This document shows, piece after piece, positions 27,246 through 38,912 of a DNA stretch of 64,000 bases. The translations under genes were made by a program, and so were the position numbers. How positions within the stretch are numbered: position 1 is the stretch's first letter; each line of letters begins with the position of its first letter. Under the pieces are notes generated by a model that had not been told where the DNA came from, did not search any database, and saw only the letters and a program-made list of their open reading frames with translations. The stretch comes from Kiritimatiellia bacterium (GTDB lineage Bacteria; Verrucomicrobiota; Kiritimatiellia; RFP12; UBA1067), in assembly GCA_050949565.1 (NCBI GenBank), contig JBMNFY010000017.1:320001-384000 (forward strand), read 5' to 3'.

Positions 27246-30200
27246 TTATTCGTTATCTTTTGCTTTCAGCGTGAATGTCCGAACCTCGCCGAAGGGGATC
27301 GGGGGGTGATGCGCGACCTCCATCTGCACTGCAAGTTCCACGGGCAGCGGTGTCGTTTTCCCCTCCGAGACTCTTGCCAAACCCCTCGTGGCATGGGCGT
27401 CCCGCCCATGAAACACGGGCAAGATGCCCGTGCCACACCTGAAAGCAAGGGGGTTTGCAAGAACCTCCTCCGTCTGGAAGAGATCGATCTCGCCGAAATC
27501 AGCATCGGCCAGATACGGCACGTCAGCCGGGCGTCCGTCGCATCCAAGCGGCAGACCGTGCCGAGCGAGCGTCCGAACACCAGCCTTATCACGGAGCCGG
27601 AGCGTCACCGCATGTTGCCGGTCATCGGCGCGCCACGTCGCGACCTGCGTGTTGCCGACCACGATCCGTGCGCGTACAGGCTGGTCGGACGCCACGAGGA
27701 CCACCGCACCGTTTTCCGCTTCGCGCCATACGCCCTCCGCGTCGCGGATCTGCATGCGCGTAAACTCTGCATCAAGATACTTGGGCGGATTGGTGCCGTC
27801 GCACGGCACGTTGCCGACTGCAAGACCAAGCGCCTCCGCTTGGCTCAACCCGCTACCCGGAGAACGCACCCCGAGCATGTGCCCGGCTTGTCGTGCAGCG
27901 CGATAGGCAGCAGCGCCCTCATGAAAAGCCGCGCGCCAGTACCCGCCCGCGTGCGCGTCACGGTCAAACACGAACCACTCCGTCGGCGTTACCGGTTCAC
28001 GCGCCGTTTTGAAGCGCGGCGCGTAAGTCCGGATCAAGCGCGCCGCCGGACGCTCCACACGGTCGGGGCCAATGACCCCGTAATCGCTGCGCTCCCCCAC
28101 ACGGTAGCCGCCGACCCACCACCACGGCACCGTGCCCACCGCACCCGCCGCCAGACCGGTCCGGTAGAACCGCTCCGAATACCGCCCCTGGCGTTCGATC
28201 GCCGCGGCACTCTGCGTCATGCGCACATCGTCCCAGACGTTGAGGCCGAATTCAGACCATACGACCGGCTTGCCACCCGTCGTGAACGCCGTATACCGCG
28301 TGATGAATCCGATCGCGTCTTCGCCCTCATCGGTATCCGGGATCGCGTAGCCTTCGGGGCAGATGAAGTCGATATGTTTGACCGGCCCGCTCAGTGCAAA
28401 ATCGTAAGGCAACGTATTTCCCTGACGGAAACTGATGAGGTGGTTCGGATCCAACTCACGCAAACGGCGGTGCGCCTTGCCCCAGAGGCGGCTCGTGAGC
28501 GTATCCATGAAGCGGCGGTACGCGGCCATCTGCACACGCCACGCACCGTCCTCGCGAAACCAAGCATCCGGCGGCGAGATCGCACGACCGTCCGCATCTC
28601 GCCGCGCCTTAACGCCCCAGTCGCGCTCGGCACGCGCCAGCGAGCCGTAACGCTCATCGATCCAGTCACGCCACGCGCCGTCCCAACGCGCACGCGCCGC
28701 ATCGTTTTTGAATACGTGATTGCCCGGTTCCCAGATCGTGTCGTACGCGAACACCGTGGCATTGCCCGGCAGCCGCGCGGCTTCAAGATAGCCTTTGAGT
28801 TCCGCTTCCTTGAATGCCAACGGCGAGGCTTGCCCCATGAACAGGTTCACGTAGATACCGTGCCGGCGGCACCGTCGCAAAAAATCGAGCAGATTCCGGT
28901 ATTCGCGCTGCGGCGGCGTCTGGATGCTGACCATGTTCACGCCTAGATCCGCCAGATGAATCAGGTCGCGCTCAACCTCTTCCGGCGCATAGAAAGGATC
29001 ACGCAACCAGCCCGCCCAATAGTCGGCGTGATCCATGCCCGACACATAAAGCGGCCAAAAATTCATTCCGACCGGATACCATCTCTCTCCTTTCAACCAG
29101 AAGTTGCCATCCCGCACTGTGATGAACGCATCATGCGGATCAGGCGCAGGATCTAGCACGGCAAAGGTCTGGCTGACGGTCTCTTCGTACTTACCGTCCA
29201 ACAGCGTGATCCGATAGCGGTACTCAGCCGGCTCTGCTGGCGGCTGCCACGTTGTCTCAATGACAGTTGCCCCACGCGACAACATTCTGGAAACCGGAGT
29301 GCGCCACACCGTACGTCCGTCACGCTCCACGCTGAAGGTCACCGTGACCTCGCGCGGCGACGCGCCGAAATGCCGGAGCGATGCGCCGAAGGTGACCGGC
29401 TCGCCCGGCCAGTATGCGAACTGTTCCGGGCCTGCTGTTTCGATCAGCGTCCCGCGCGTCACGTTCTCAACCGCCGCCACCACGCGCGCCAACACGGGCG
29501 GCGTGCTCCACACACTAGGGTCACAGTAGCCGAATCCGGCAAACACGCTCCCGGCCCTGTTTGAGTGGCTGTTGAGCAAAAGCCATTCGCATGCCCCGCC
29601 AGTCATACCGTCAGGACGGCGCGCCTCGGCGAGCGTCACGAACCGCCATTTCGCGCCGCGCTTGTAGCCTTCGCCGCGTGTACGCGGAATCGCGCACACA
29701 ACATCGCGGCAGGACATACCGGCCACCGAGACTTCGCCCGTCACCACATGCGTTTTGTAACGCGGGTAAAGACTTTCGAGCGAAAGGTCTGCGGGAGGCA
29801 ACGCAAGATTCGCTGCGGCCAACGGATCGCGTGCCGACCCCACATCGGCCAGCCACACCGTATGCGCACCGCCGACCATCGCGGGCGTATGCGAAGCCGA
29901 CATACCGAAACAGATGCGCACAGCCTGCGCTGCACGCAGACGGTCGCCTTTGCCGCCCCGTTTTTCCTTGGTGACCGAATCGCGCCAATACCGAAACGCT
30001 GCCAGCGGCAGACCCACCCGACGCCATGTGTTGGTCAGTTCGGACACGGCGATCCAGCGCGAACCGTCGCGCTCAATGATTTCCACCGCGAGTTGGGCCA
30101 GGGGTTTGTCGCTTTTTGCGAGGAGCGTAATCATGTCGTCGCCGTCACCGAACAGCTTGGAGACTTCCGGCGAATGGCGGACTTCCCAGCCTTGCAGCCG

Positions 30201-30836
30201 TTCAATGTCCAAGCGTAGGCAGGCCGTTCCTCCCGGCCCTTCCGGCACGAGCGCGAAGGTACTGTTCTCGTCACGGCCGGAGCGCACCCGACGCCAAGCC
30301 TTGAGATCCATCCCCGCCTTGATTTCAAACGGGCGGTATGTTGGCTCGACGCGCTCCACAAGCGCCGCGCGGCCGGTCGCATCAAGCCAGCACCCGTCGA
30401 CGCGCCAGAGCGCCCGGTCGACAAGCGGCCCGCCGATACAGATCGTATGCACGCCTTCGCGTGCCAGACGATCCACCGCGTTTACTGTCTCAGCCGGTAA
30501 CGAGGCACAGTGCGGCAAAATCAACACACAGAACGGCTGTGCCGACAGCGTCTCAGGCGCAAGAAGTTGATCCGCCGTCAACCGTGCAACCTCGAACCCC
30601 TTAGACAACAGGGCTTCGGCCAGTCGCGCGTTTGCCGTTCGATCATGTCCGGGCAAAGCATCGTCCAGCAATGCCACACGAGCGGGCGCACCTGTCTGTT
30701 GTTGCGGTGGCAGAGTCGTCTGCGGGGCTTCCGCCCGAACCATCACGCCACACAGCATCCATACCGCCGTCATCCAACCGATTGCCCTCCATTTTCGGGT
30801 GACTTCCACGAGCAACATGTTTCTCTCCATTTTCAT
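27246..30836 (-). CDS. Large secreted clan GH-A glycoside hydrolase (GH5/GH42-like) with accessory domains
   Basis: Signal peptide. GMNFWP, LGVNMV, acid/base-like AYDTIWEP, nucleophile-like KPVVWSEFG, GTVPWWW. Confidence 0.7.
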   Translation of the reverse strand: MKMERNMLLVEVTRKWRAIGWMTAVWMLCGVMVRAEAPQTTLPPQQQTGAPARVALLDDALPGHDRTANARLAEALLSKGFEVARLTADQLLAPETLSAQPFCVLILPHCASLPAETVNAVDRLAREGVHTICIGGPLVDRALWRVDGCWLDATGRAALVERVEPTYRPFEIKAGMDLKAWRRVRSGRDENSTFALVPEGPGGTACLRLDIERLQGWEVRHSPEVSKLFGDGDDMITLLAKSDKPLAQLAVEIIERDGSRWIAVSELTNTWRRVGLPLAAFRYWRDSVTKEKRGGKGDRLRAAQAVRICFGMSASHTPAMVGGAHTVWLADVGSARDPLAAANLALPPADLSLESLYPRYKTHVVTGEVSVAGMSCRDVVCAIPRTRGEGYKRGAKWRFVTLAEARRPDGMTGGACEWLLLNSHSNRAGSVFAGFGYCDPSVWSTPPVLARVVAAVENVTRGTLIETAGPEQFAYWPGEPVTFGASLRHFGASPREVTVTFSVERDGRTVWRTPVSRMLSRGATVIETTWQPPAEPAEYRYRITLLDGKYEETVSQTFAVLDPAPDPHDAFITVRDGNFWLKGERWYPVGMNFWPLYVSGMDHADYWAGWLRDPFYAPEEVERDLIHLADLGVNMVSIQTPPQREYRNLLDFLRRCRRHGIYVNLFMGQASPLAFKEAELKGYLEAARLPGNATVFAYDTIWEPGNHVFKNDAARARWDGAWRDWIDERYGSLARAERDWGVKARRDADGRAISPPDAWFREDGAWRVQMAAYRRFMDTLTSRLWGKAHRRLRELDPNHLISFRQGNTLPYDFALSGPVKHIDFICPEGYAIPDTDEGEDAIGFITRYTAFTTGGKPVVWSEFGLNVWDDVRMTQSAAAIERQGRYSERFYRTGLAAGAVGTVPWWWVGGYRVGERSDYGVIGPDRVERPAARLIRTYAPRFKTAREPVTPTEWFVFDRDAHAGGYWRAAFHEGAAAYRAARQAGHMLGVRSPGSGLSQAEALGLAVGNVPCDGTNPPKYLDAEFTRMQIRDAEGVWREAENGAVVLVASDQPVRARIVVGNTQVATWRADDRQHAVTLRLRDKAGVRTLARHGLPLGCDGRPADVPYLADADFGEIDLFQTEEVLANPLAFRCGTGILPVFHGRDAHATRGLARVSEGKTTPLPVELAVQMEVAHHPPIPFGEVRTFTLKAKDNE
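27367..27467. mobile_element. 101-bp MITE carrying a REP-like doublet, inserted in frame, 4-bp TSD CTCC
   Basis: Ends GAGACTCTTGCCAAACCCC / GGGGGTTTGCAAGAACCTC (imperfect TIR). CTCC at 27363-27366 and 27468-27471. Confidence 0.8.
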
Positions 30837-30874
30837 GCCTATTAAACGGGTGGATTATCAGCGGCGTGCCACAG

Positions 30875-30914
30875 AAAAAAACGCCGCACCCGCGCGAGCG
30901 GGAACGGCGTTTTT
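30875..30914 (-). terminator. Terminator after gap
   Basis: AAAAACGCCG..CCCGC-GCGA-GCGGG..CGGCGTTTTT hairpin with A/T tails on both sides. Confidence 0.75.
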
Positions 30915-30939
30915 ATGCACAACAATCAGCGCGGTTCGC

Positions 30940-31944
<1,005 letters not shown>

Positions 31945-32143
31945 TTACTCCTTCACAGTTTAAGAGAGACGAGCCTTATCGGCTCTGCCATGCCAGAACC
32001 CGCCGCACCCTCCGGCCGTTCATCCGGGAAGAGCCCACGCCCTGCATGATTGGCCAAAAACGATACGCTTTTCCCCGCTGACCGTCAATCTAGAATTCGA
32101 AAAATTGCGGGTCATTTCCAGTGAGAACAGCCTTTTATGCGGT

Positions 32144-33124
32144 TCATCCAAGCATCGTATAGGCTTTATACCAGTCAACAAATTTGGGGATACCTTCATT
32201 AATTGAACATTTAGGCTCATAACCTGTTTTTGCCTTCAGTTTGTCGATATTGGCCCATGTGGCAGGAACATCCCCATCCTGCATGGGCAAAAACTCCAAT
32301 TTTGGGGACACATCCAATTCGGCCGCAATAAGGTTAATCACATCCAGAAGGCGTTCCGAGCGATTGTTCCCAATGTTGAAGATTTCGAACGGACAGAAGC
32401 CGTCACCCGTTACACAACGAACAACCCCCTCAACAATATCATCCACATACGTAAAGTCACGACGCATCTCGCCGTAATTAAAAACCTTCAAAGGACGCCC
32501 ATGTGTCATAGCGTCAGCGAAGAGATACATCGCCATGTCAGGACGGTACCATGGCCCATATACCGTGAAGAATCGCAAGCCGATCGTCTGAATGCCATAC
32601 AGATGGGTATAGACATGGGCCATTAACTCATTTGACCTTTTAGTTGCGGCATAGAGGCTGACAGGATGATCGACGGCTTGCTCTTCAGAAAAAGGCAGTT
32701 GTCGGTTCCCCCCATACACAGAAGATGATGATGCATATACCAGACGAGGTGCTGCCGGAAGGTGGCGACAACACTCCAACACATTAAGAAATCCGTCAAC
32801 ATTTGCTGTCTGGTAGGCAAACGGATTCACTATTGAGTAACGGACCCCCGGCTGTGCCGCCAAATGTATCACGCATTCCGGTTGAGTCTCGCGAAATATG
32901 AGTTGCATGCTTGCGAGGTCACAAATATCCGTCTCGCTGAAATCGAAAACTCCGGCTTTTCCGTACTCCGCAATCAACAGGGCCACCCTCTTGCGCTTCA
33001 GGTTCACATCATAGTATGGGCTTAAATTGTCGAGCCCCCAAACCATGTGCCCGTCACTCAACAAGCGTCTCGCCAAGTGAAATCCGATAAAACCGGCCGC
33101 ACCCGTCAGTATAATCCGCATCAT
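32144..33124 (-). CDS. NAD-dependent epimerase (UDP-glucuronate 4-epimerase-like)
   Basis: GAAGFIG, HLAAQPGVRYS, YASSSSVYG, YAATK, RFFTVYGPW.RPDMA. Confidence 0.92.
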   Translation of the reverse strand: MMRIILTGAAGFIGFHLARRLLSDGHMVWGLDNLSPYYDVNLKRKRVALLIAEYGKAGVFDFSETDICDLASMQLIFRETQPECVIHLAAQPGVRYSIVNPFAYQTANVDGFLNVLECCRHLPAAPRLVYASSSSVYGGNRQLPFSEEQAVDHPVSLYAATKRSNELMAHVYTHLYGIQTIGLRFFTVYGPWYRPDMAMYLFADAMTHGRPLKVFNYGEMRRDFTYVDDIVEGVVRCVTGDGFCPFEIFNIGNNRSERLLDVINLIAAELDVSPKLEFLPMQDGDVPATWANIDKLKAKTGYEPKCSINEGIPKFVDWYKAYTMLG

Positions 33125-33223
33125 GCCTCCACACCTCAGTTATTAACACCTGGGTACTTTATACTATCCAGCCTCAAAATCAACTTTGTTTTCCTAGCCC
33201 GGTTTGTAATAATTCAAGGCGCA

Positions 33224-34162
33224 ATGGTGCCAGTTTCAATCATTATCACGACCCGCAACCGGAAAGAAGCGCTCATACGTTGCACTCGTTCTATTATCAG
33301 GTCAAGCTACTCTTCGTTTGAACTGATTATCGTTGATGATGCGTCAACGGATGGAACCCAGTCGCTATCGCCAAAGGATTTTCTCTGGCCGCATACATCC
33401 ATCATCCATGTGCCTACTCAAATAATGATGACCCGCGCCAGGAACCTCGGTGCTCGTTCCGCAAAAGGTAACTATCTACTATTCATTGATGACGACAACG
33501 AAGTTCCCGCCGAAATGGTAGGACAACTTGTTGAAGCCGCCGAAAGTCATCCGGAATATGGGATCCTTGGCCCTGTCATGTATTACCTAACATCCCGAAC
33601 ACTGAAAATGTGTGGCCAGCGCATCAACCTCTACACCGGAAGAACACGGGAGCTTACGGAGCTGCCCCCGACTGGGATCATCGACAGCGACGGCGTGCCC
33701 AATGCATTCTTGATCCGCAGAGAAACGTTTTCAGCCGTAGGCGGGTTTGACGAGGCAATCTTTCAGACTTTCACTGAGCCCGACTTTGCATACCAAGCAC
33801 TGAAACACGGTTATCGCTGTGGCATTGTGGCGACAGCCGCGATTTATCACGATATCCCCGTCGATGGTCAACTCACGCCTAGATCGCTTGGCAGCACCTA
33901 TATCCAGAAAGCTTATTGCCTTATGAGAAACCGCACCGTGATCGTCGCACGGTACGGCACACGTCTGCAAAAAATTGTGTACGCTATCTTTTTCAGTTGG
34001 TTCTGGCCGTCCGTTTATTCGGCATTGATGCTGCGCTGGGGCATAACACGGGTTCTTCCTTTCTATTGGTCTGGTTTCATCGACGGTTGGCGTTACTTGT
34101 TGGGTGGGCATCTTGTTCCCGGCCTCCCCCCGCACCTGCAGAAACGGCTGAACAAAGACTGA
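33224..34162 (+). CDS. Glycosyltransferase family 2
   Basis: VSIIITTRNR, IIVDDASTDGT, ARNLG, FIDDD, GGFDE. Confidence 0.88.
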   Translation: MVPVSIIITTRNRKEALIRCTRSIIRSSYSSFELIIVDDASTDGTQSLSPKDFLWPHTSIIHVPTQIMMTRARNLGARSAKGNYLLFIDDDNEVPAEMVGQLVEAAESHPEYGILGPVMYYLTSRTLKMCGQRINLYTGRTRELTELPPTGIIDSDGVPNAFLIRRETFSAVGGFDEAIFQTFTEPDFAYQALKHGYRCGIVATAAIYHDIPVDGQLTPRSLGSTYIQKAYCLMRNRTVIVARYGTRLQKIVYAIFFSWFWPSVYSALMLRWGITRVLPFYWSGFIDGWRYLLGGHLVPGLPPHLQKRLNKD

Positions 34163-34165
34163 CCC

Positions 34166-36025
34166 ATGTGCGGTATCATCGGCATATTAGAACGCAACAG
34201 CGATCCTGATCGTGATGCTTTCCACACAGGTCTTCGAGCCTTGGGGCAACACGGCCGCCCGAATCGTGAAGGCGTCGTCACGTTCCCGCGCGTCCTGCTG
34301 GGCCAATGCCGACTGTCGCCCCGCGCCCCCGGCGATAACGGGTGCCAGCCCGCATTGTCCAGCGACACCTCCAGCGCTCTCGTTTGCAACGGGAAACTGT
34401 ACAACGACAGGGAACTGCGAGCCCTGCTGAGCCCAAGCACTGAATGGCGAAAGTGCTCTGACGCAGAAGTCTTGCTAAGCGCCTTCATCCGGTATGGCGC
34501 AGATATCTGCCCCCGTCTTAGCGGAATGTTCGCCTTCGCTGTTTATGAACCACAGCGCCGACGCCTGACCCTAGCCCGCGATTGTTTCGGGAAAAAATCG
34601 CTCTATTATTATCACGACTCGTCCTGTTTTGCCTTTGCGTCCGAGTTGAAAGGGTTGCTCCCGCTTTTACGCAACAAGGGCATTCCCCTATCGATCGATG
34701 CGGCTATTGTGCCTAAATACCTTGTGCATGGATATATCCCTGGCGAACAATCGCTCGTAACCGGAATCAAGCGATTACCGCCATCCACTGTCCTAATTTT
34801 CGACCTCAATCTCTGGCGTGTTGCCTCACAGCACTGCTTCTGGTCTCCGGAAACGATACCGCTTGACATGACGATCAGCCATGCAGAGGCCGTTGATCGT
34901 GCCGACAGTCTGATCAGTGCCTCAACTCGCAAACGCCTAGTAAGTGACGTGCCCGTCTGTATTTTCCTCAGCGGTGGAGTCGACAGCGGCATTGTGGCCG
35001 CCCATGCAGCACGCCACTCGAGCGACATCCAAGCACATTCGATTGTCTACCCAGAGTCTCCCGATGTGGACGAGAATCTTTTTGCGCAGAAGACCGCCGA
35101 TGCGCTCGGCATCCCTCTTCACGCCCACCCGTTCCGCGACAGCGACGTCAGCAACACGTTCACCAGCCTGCTCGATTATTTGGACGAGCCCATTGCCGAC
35201 GGCGCGCTTATTCCGCTCCACTTCCTCGCGCTCCAAGCCGTCGCCGACACGCCTGTTGCGCTTTCTGGTGACGGCGGCGACGAGTTGTTCGGCGGATATG
35301 TGAAGTATCGTGCCCAAGCGATAACCGAACCGCTACCGCTTCTCCTACGCAGACTCATGGCAGCAATCGGCCAGCGACTGCCTGTGAGCCAATATACTCG
35401 ACTGCTCACTACCCTGCCATATCCGTTTTTTGCGCGGCAATTCCTCTGGGGCAGCGGAAGCCCCCTGCCCTTCCAATTGAAAAGGTGGATGTCCGATGCC
35501 GATTGGTCGCCCGAAGCCATCTTCTCCGATGCCGCCGACCTCGACCGCCTCTGGCTCCAGAAGGACACCGTCAACCGGAGCCTGTTTCTCGACTGGCGAA
35601 TCCTGTTGCCCGACGGGTATCTCGTCAAAAGTGACAGAGCAACGAGAGCCGCAGGTCTTGAACAACGCGCACCATTACTCGATAAAGACCTTGCCGAATT
35701 TGCACTTTCGCTTCCCGGCAACTTGAAGATGGCCGGAGGTTTCAAAAGCATTCTCAAGAAAGCTGCTGCGCGCCATGTCCCGCCCGAATGCATCTACCGC
35801 CCCAAGCATGGATTCGGCGTCCCCATGGACAAGTGGCTGCGCAACGAACTGCGCCCACTGATCGAGCCTCTTCTGCTCGATATAACCGCTTCATTCTTTG
35901 ACAAAAAACAGGTCGCGCAAGCATGGAAAGACCACCTTACAGGTATAAAAGACAACCGCTTCATTCTTCTGCGCATTGCTCTCCTCCATGCTTTCTACGA
36001 CAAACTTAATCGACAGGTGCCTTAG
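34166..36025 (+). CDS. asnB: Asparagine synthase (glutamine-hydrolysing)-like amidotransferase
   Basis: MCGI N-terminus, GMFAFA, FASELK, FLSGGVDS, LSGDGGDELFGGY, KHGFGVP. Confidence 0.85.
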   Translation: MCGIIGILERNSDPDRDAFHTGLRALGQHGRPNREGVVTFPRVLLGQCRLSPRAPGDNGCQPALSSDTSSALVCNGKLYNDRELRALLSPSTEWRKCSDAEVLLSAFIRYGADICPRLSGMFAFAVYEPQRRRLTLARDCFGKKSLYYYHDSSCFAFASELKGLLPLLRNKGIPLSIDAAIVPKYLVHGYIPGEQSLVTGIKRLPPSTVLIFDLNLWRVASQHCFWSPETIPLDMTISHAEAVDRADSLISASTRKRLVSDVPVCIFLSGGVDSGIVAAHAARHSSDIQAHSIVYPESPDVDENLFAQKTADALGIPLHAHPFRDSDVSNTFTSLLDYLDEPIADGALIPLHFLALQAVADTPVALSGDGGDELFGGYVKYRAQAITEPLPLLLRRLMAAIGQRLPVSQYTRLLTTLPYPFFARQFLWGSGSPLPFQLKRWMSDADWSPEAIFSDAADLDRLWLQKDTVNRSLFLDWRILLPDGYLVKSDRATRAAGLEQRAPLLDKDLAEFALSLPGNLKMAGGFKSILKKAAARHVPPECIYRPKHGFGVPMDKWLRNELRPLIEPLLLDITASFFDKKQVAQAWKDHLTGIKDNRFILLRIALLHAFYDKLNRQVP

Positions 36026-36714
36026 TGAAAACAGAGAACGATGTCTGGACCAAAATGACGCAACAGTTATACGCAAACGACAACTATCGGCGCATGCCTG
36101 AAGTTTATCGATTCATCATCTCGACTGTCCAAGCAAACAAAGGCCACCGTGTTCTCGATATTGGATGCGGAGACGGTTCTTTGCTAGAACAGATCAAGGG
36201 CAAATCTTTACATGGCATCGACATATCAAAAGAACAACTTGCCAAGGCGGTACAAAAAGGTATTACGGTCCATCAGGTCAATCTGGATAGCGAGCCGATT
36301 CCATACCCCGCTGAACACTTTGACATTATCATATCAAGTGAAGTTATTGAGCACGTTTTAGTGCCAGATCTTTTGCTGAGGGAGGCCAGGCGTGTTCTGA
36401 ACAAAGATGGTATATTCATTTTGACGACACCAAATCTTGCGAGTTTCGGTAAACGTCTTCTTCTGCTGTTCAATCGAAATCCTTTCATCGAGTGTAGCCC
36501 GCTAGAACCGTCTGCCGTTGGGCATGTCCGCTACTTCATTTTCTCCACTTTAAAAAGTATTGTGGAGCGGAATGGCTTTGCCCTCGATGAATTCACATCG
36601 GATGTCGTCAATTTCGACCGGTCGGGACGTCTTTGCAGTCGTTTTTTGGCACAAAAAGTACCCTCTTTAGGGAGAACCCTCATGGTCATTCTAAAAAAAG
36701 CGATGCCTGATTAA
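36025..36714 (+). CDS. Class I SAM-dependent methyltransferase
   Basis: VLDIGCGDG, GIDIS, EVIEH, LTTPN. Confidence 0.88.
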   Translation: MKTENDVWTKMTQQLYANDNYRRMPEVYRFIISTVQANKGHRVLDIGCGDGSLLEQIKGKSLHGIDISKEQLAKAVQKGITVHQVNLDSEPIPYPAEHFDIIISSEVIEHVLVPDLLLREARRVLNKDGIFILTTPNLASFGKRLLLLFNRNPFIECSPLEPSAVGHVRYFIFSTLKSIVERNGFALDEFTSDVVNFDRSGRLCSRFLAQKVPSLGRTLMVILKKAMPD

Positions 36715-36738
36715 AGGCCTGTCCCGGCTGGCCGGCTC

Positions 36739-37782
36739 TTACGTGCTCCGGTCAAGTCCGGACGCAACCAGTGCCTTTCGAAAATAGGCATCAAACTGCG
36801 AGGCGATTTCGAACCACGTATACACGGGGATGTCGGTTTTCGCATGCTCAACCAATTCACGTCTCAACTGAGGCTCGTTATATAGCCTCATGATCGCTGA
36901 AGGGTAATCGCGTGTCAGCAATGCGTTTCTCCCGTTTTTGAACAACAAATTCGCGCGTCCGTCATATCCGAGGATCGGCTTCTCCCACCGCAGATATTCG
37001 TGCAGTTTGGCGTTGCAGTCCTGGTCAGCCGTGCATACCAGCACATCGGCCTGACTCATCACGCCGAACTGATCATTCTTCGACACATAACCGAGGAAAA
37101 TACAGTTTTCAGAAGCATACTCATCCAAATACGCATAATGAGGTCCCGTTAAATATAGCTTTATTTCCTTAGGGACATGGCGCATCGCCTCGCATATCTC
37201 GGCCGTCCGTTTCCAGCGTGCCTGATCGCCGGTATAGACGAGATTCATCGCGCCCGTCAGCTTGATATTGCACGCAGAAGGATCAAACTGAGGGACATCT
37301 GCTCCGTTGGGAATATAGTGACACTCCACCCCCCACCGTCGGGCGCGTTGTTGATTGTAATAGCTCAAGGTTACAACGCCGTCGGATTTTTTAATGATCC
37401 TTTTTTCCATCCAGGCCATAAACCTTCCGGGGATCGCCCCGAACACATCTGCCCATATCTCGCCATAGACATCATCCCAACCGTGAACAACGAGGAAACA
37501 GCGATGCCGGCTTAGCCATTTTCGGCACAAGAGGGGGTGCAGAGCGACCGTCCCCCCATAGGTGTAAATGACGTCTGGGCGAAATTCGTCAATGAAACGG
37601 GCCAGCCCGAACGGGTTGCCCGACACAGCGACAGGCGCGTAACAGGTCGTCCAGCCCAAGCGCTCAAGATTGTAACGGATCGCACCAAGACTATACGGGC
37701 ATCGTGCAAAGTGCTCAGATGCAGAGGTCGTGACATCGACCTTTCCGCTACGATCGCTAGTAACTATGAGTAAACGCTTCAT
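36739..37782 (-). CDS. GT-B (family 4-like) glycosyltransferase, paralog of 47970-49004
   Basis: RPDVIY, YIPNGAD, LVYTG, FLGYV, NAKLHEY..KPI. Start 37782 or 37809. Confidence 0.8.
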   Translation of the reverse strand: MKRLLIVTSDRSGKVDVTTSASEHFARCPYSLGAIRYNLERLGWTTCYAPVAVSGNPFGLARFIDEFRPDVIYTYGGTVALHPLLCRKWLSRHRCFLVVHGWDDVYGEIWADVFGAIPGRFMAWMEKRIIKKSDGVVTLSYYNQQRARRWGVECHYIPNGADVPQFDPSACNIKLTGAMNLVYTGDQARWKRTAEICEAMRHVPKEIKLYLTGPHYAYLDEYASENCIFLGYVSKNDQFGVMSQADVLVCTADQDCNAKLHEYLRWEKPILGYDGRANLLFKNGRNALLTRDYPSAIMRLYNEPQLRRELVEHAKTDIPVYTWFEIASQFDAYFRKALVASGLDRST

Positions 37783-37948
37783 GTCCCGTAAAGACTTTTC
37801 AGTATCCATCTGGAACGCACCTCGCGGTAAAATTGATGTCCGATCCCGCACATCACGTTTGGCACGATAACATGAACCCAAGACAAGAACAACACGAAAG
37901 ACTGCTTTTTGAGTCGCATTTCGGGCAGATAATGCCTACACTCGTTTC

Positions 37949-38764
37949 ATGATTGTTGTACCCCTTCCCTATGGACGCCTCTGTAACCGGCTCGCTCTCA
38001 CCGCGTCTTTTATTGCTTTTTCCGAAGAGTTCGGCACGACCTTCGTCCACTTGGCTTTTGCGGATTACTGTCGCTTTTTCGAGAAAACCCGGTTCGCGCC
38101 ATTCCTCGTTTTTCGTCCGAAATGCCGGACAAAAAAAACGAAAAAAGGGGTTTCGGTTCTCTCCATTTTCAAGTCACACGATGCGGTCAACCAGTGTTTT
38201 ATGATGGATGATCCCTCGACCGGATTCATCCGTCTCGCAACCACCAAACGTGTGGTTTTCGCATTGGGCTGGCTATTCCGGACGGACACCCTCACACAAA
38301 AACATCACGCGGTTATACGACAGTTTTTTATGCCCCGCCGTTCACATCGGATGCGTGCCGAAAAGATCCTCGTAAATGCCAGGCAGAACGTTGACCATGT
38401 GGTTGGGATACACATGCGCCAGACCGATTACAAAACCTTTGCGCAGGGGAAATACTTTTTCTCACCTGAAACCTATCGAAAAATAATGGGAAAAATCGCG
38501 TCTCGGCTTCCCGGCAAGACGGCCTTTCTGGTCTGTTCGGACGCCCCTATACCGTTTGATCAGTTCCCCGGCCTTCTTGTCATCCCCGGTCCGGGCCACC
38601 CCATCGAGGACAACTATGCGTTGGCCTCTTGTGATTACATAGCGGGCCCCCCAAGCACTTTTTCTCACTGGGCCTCCTATTTTGGCAAGGTCCCTCTCTA
38701 TTTCATAGAAACCGAAAATGCCGAGCCTGAATTAGACGCCTTCACCATTCGCTTTTCCGTTTAA
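37949..38764 (+). CDS. GT11-like (alpha-1,2-fucosyltransferase-type) protein
   Basis: GRLCNRL, VGIHMRQTDY, STFSHWASY resemble the GT11 motifs. Confidence 0.7.
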   Translation: MIVVPLPYGRLCNRLALTASFIAFSEEFGTTFVHLAFADYCRFFEKTRFAPFLVFRPKCRTKKTKKGVSVLSIFKSHDAVNQCFMMDDPSTGFIRLATTKRVVFALGWLFRTDTLTQKHHAVIRQFFMPRRSHRMRAEKILVNARQNVDHVVGIHMRQTDYKTFAQGKYFFSPETYRKIMGKIASRLPGKTAFLVCSDAPIPFDQFPGLLVIPGPGHPIEDNYALASCDYIAGPPSTFSHWASYFGKVPLYFIETENAEPELDAFTIRFSV

Positions 38765-38912
38765 AAAATGAGGCAAGCCCACACAAGTCCACATTATTTT
38801 GGGGTGTGTGTCAGATTCGTGACGTGAAAATCAGATTGCGCTTGCGTGGCGCATGTGGACGCGTTATATTTTGTAGCGGTTTAACTACAAACAATCTAAC
38901 GAAAGGACACCT

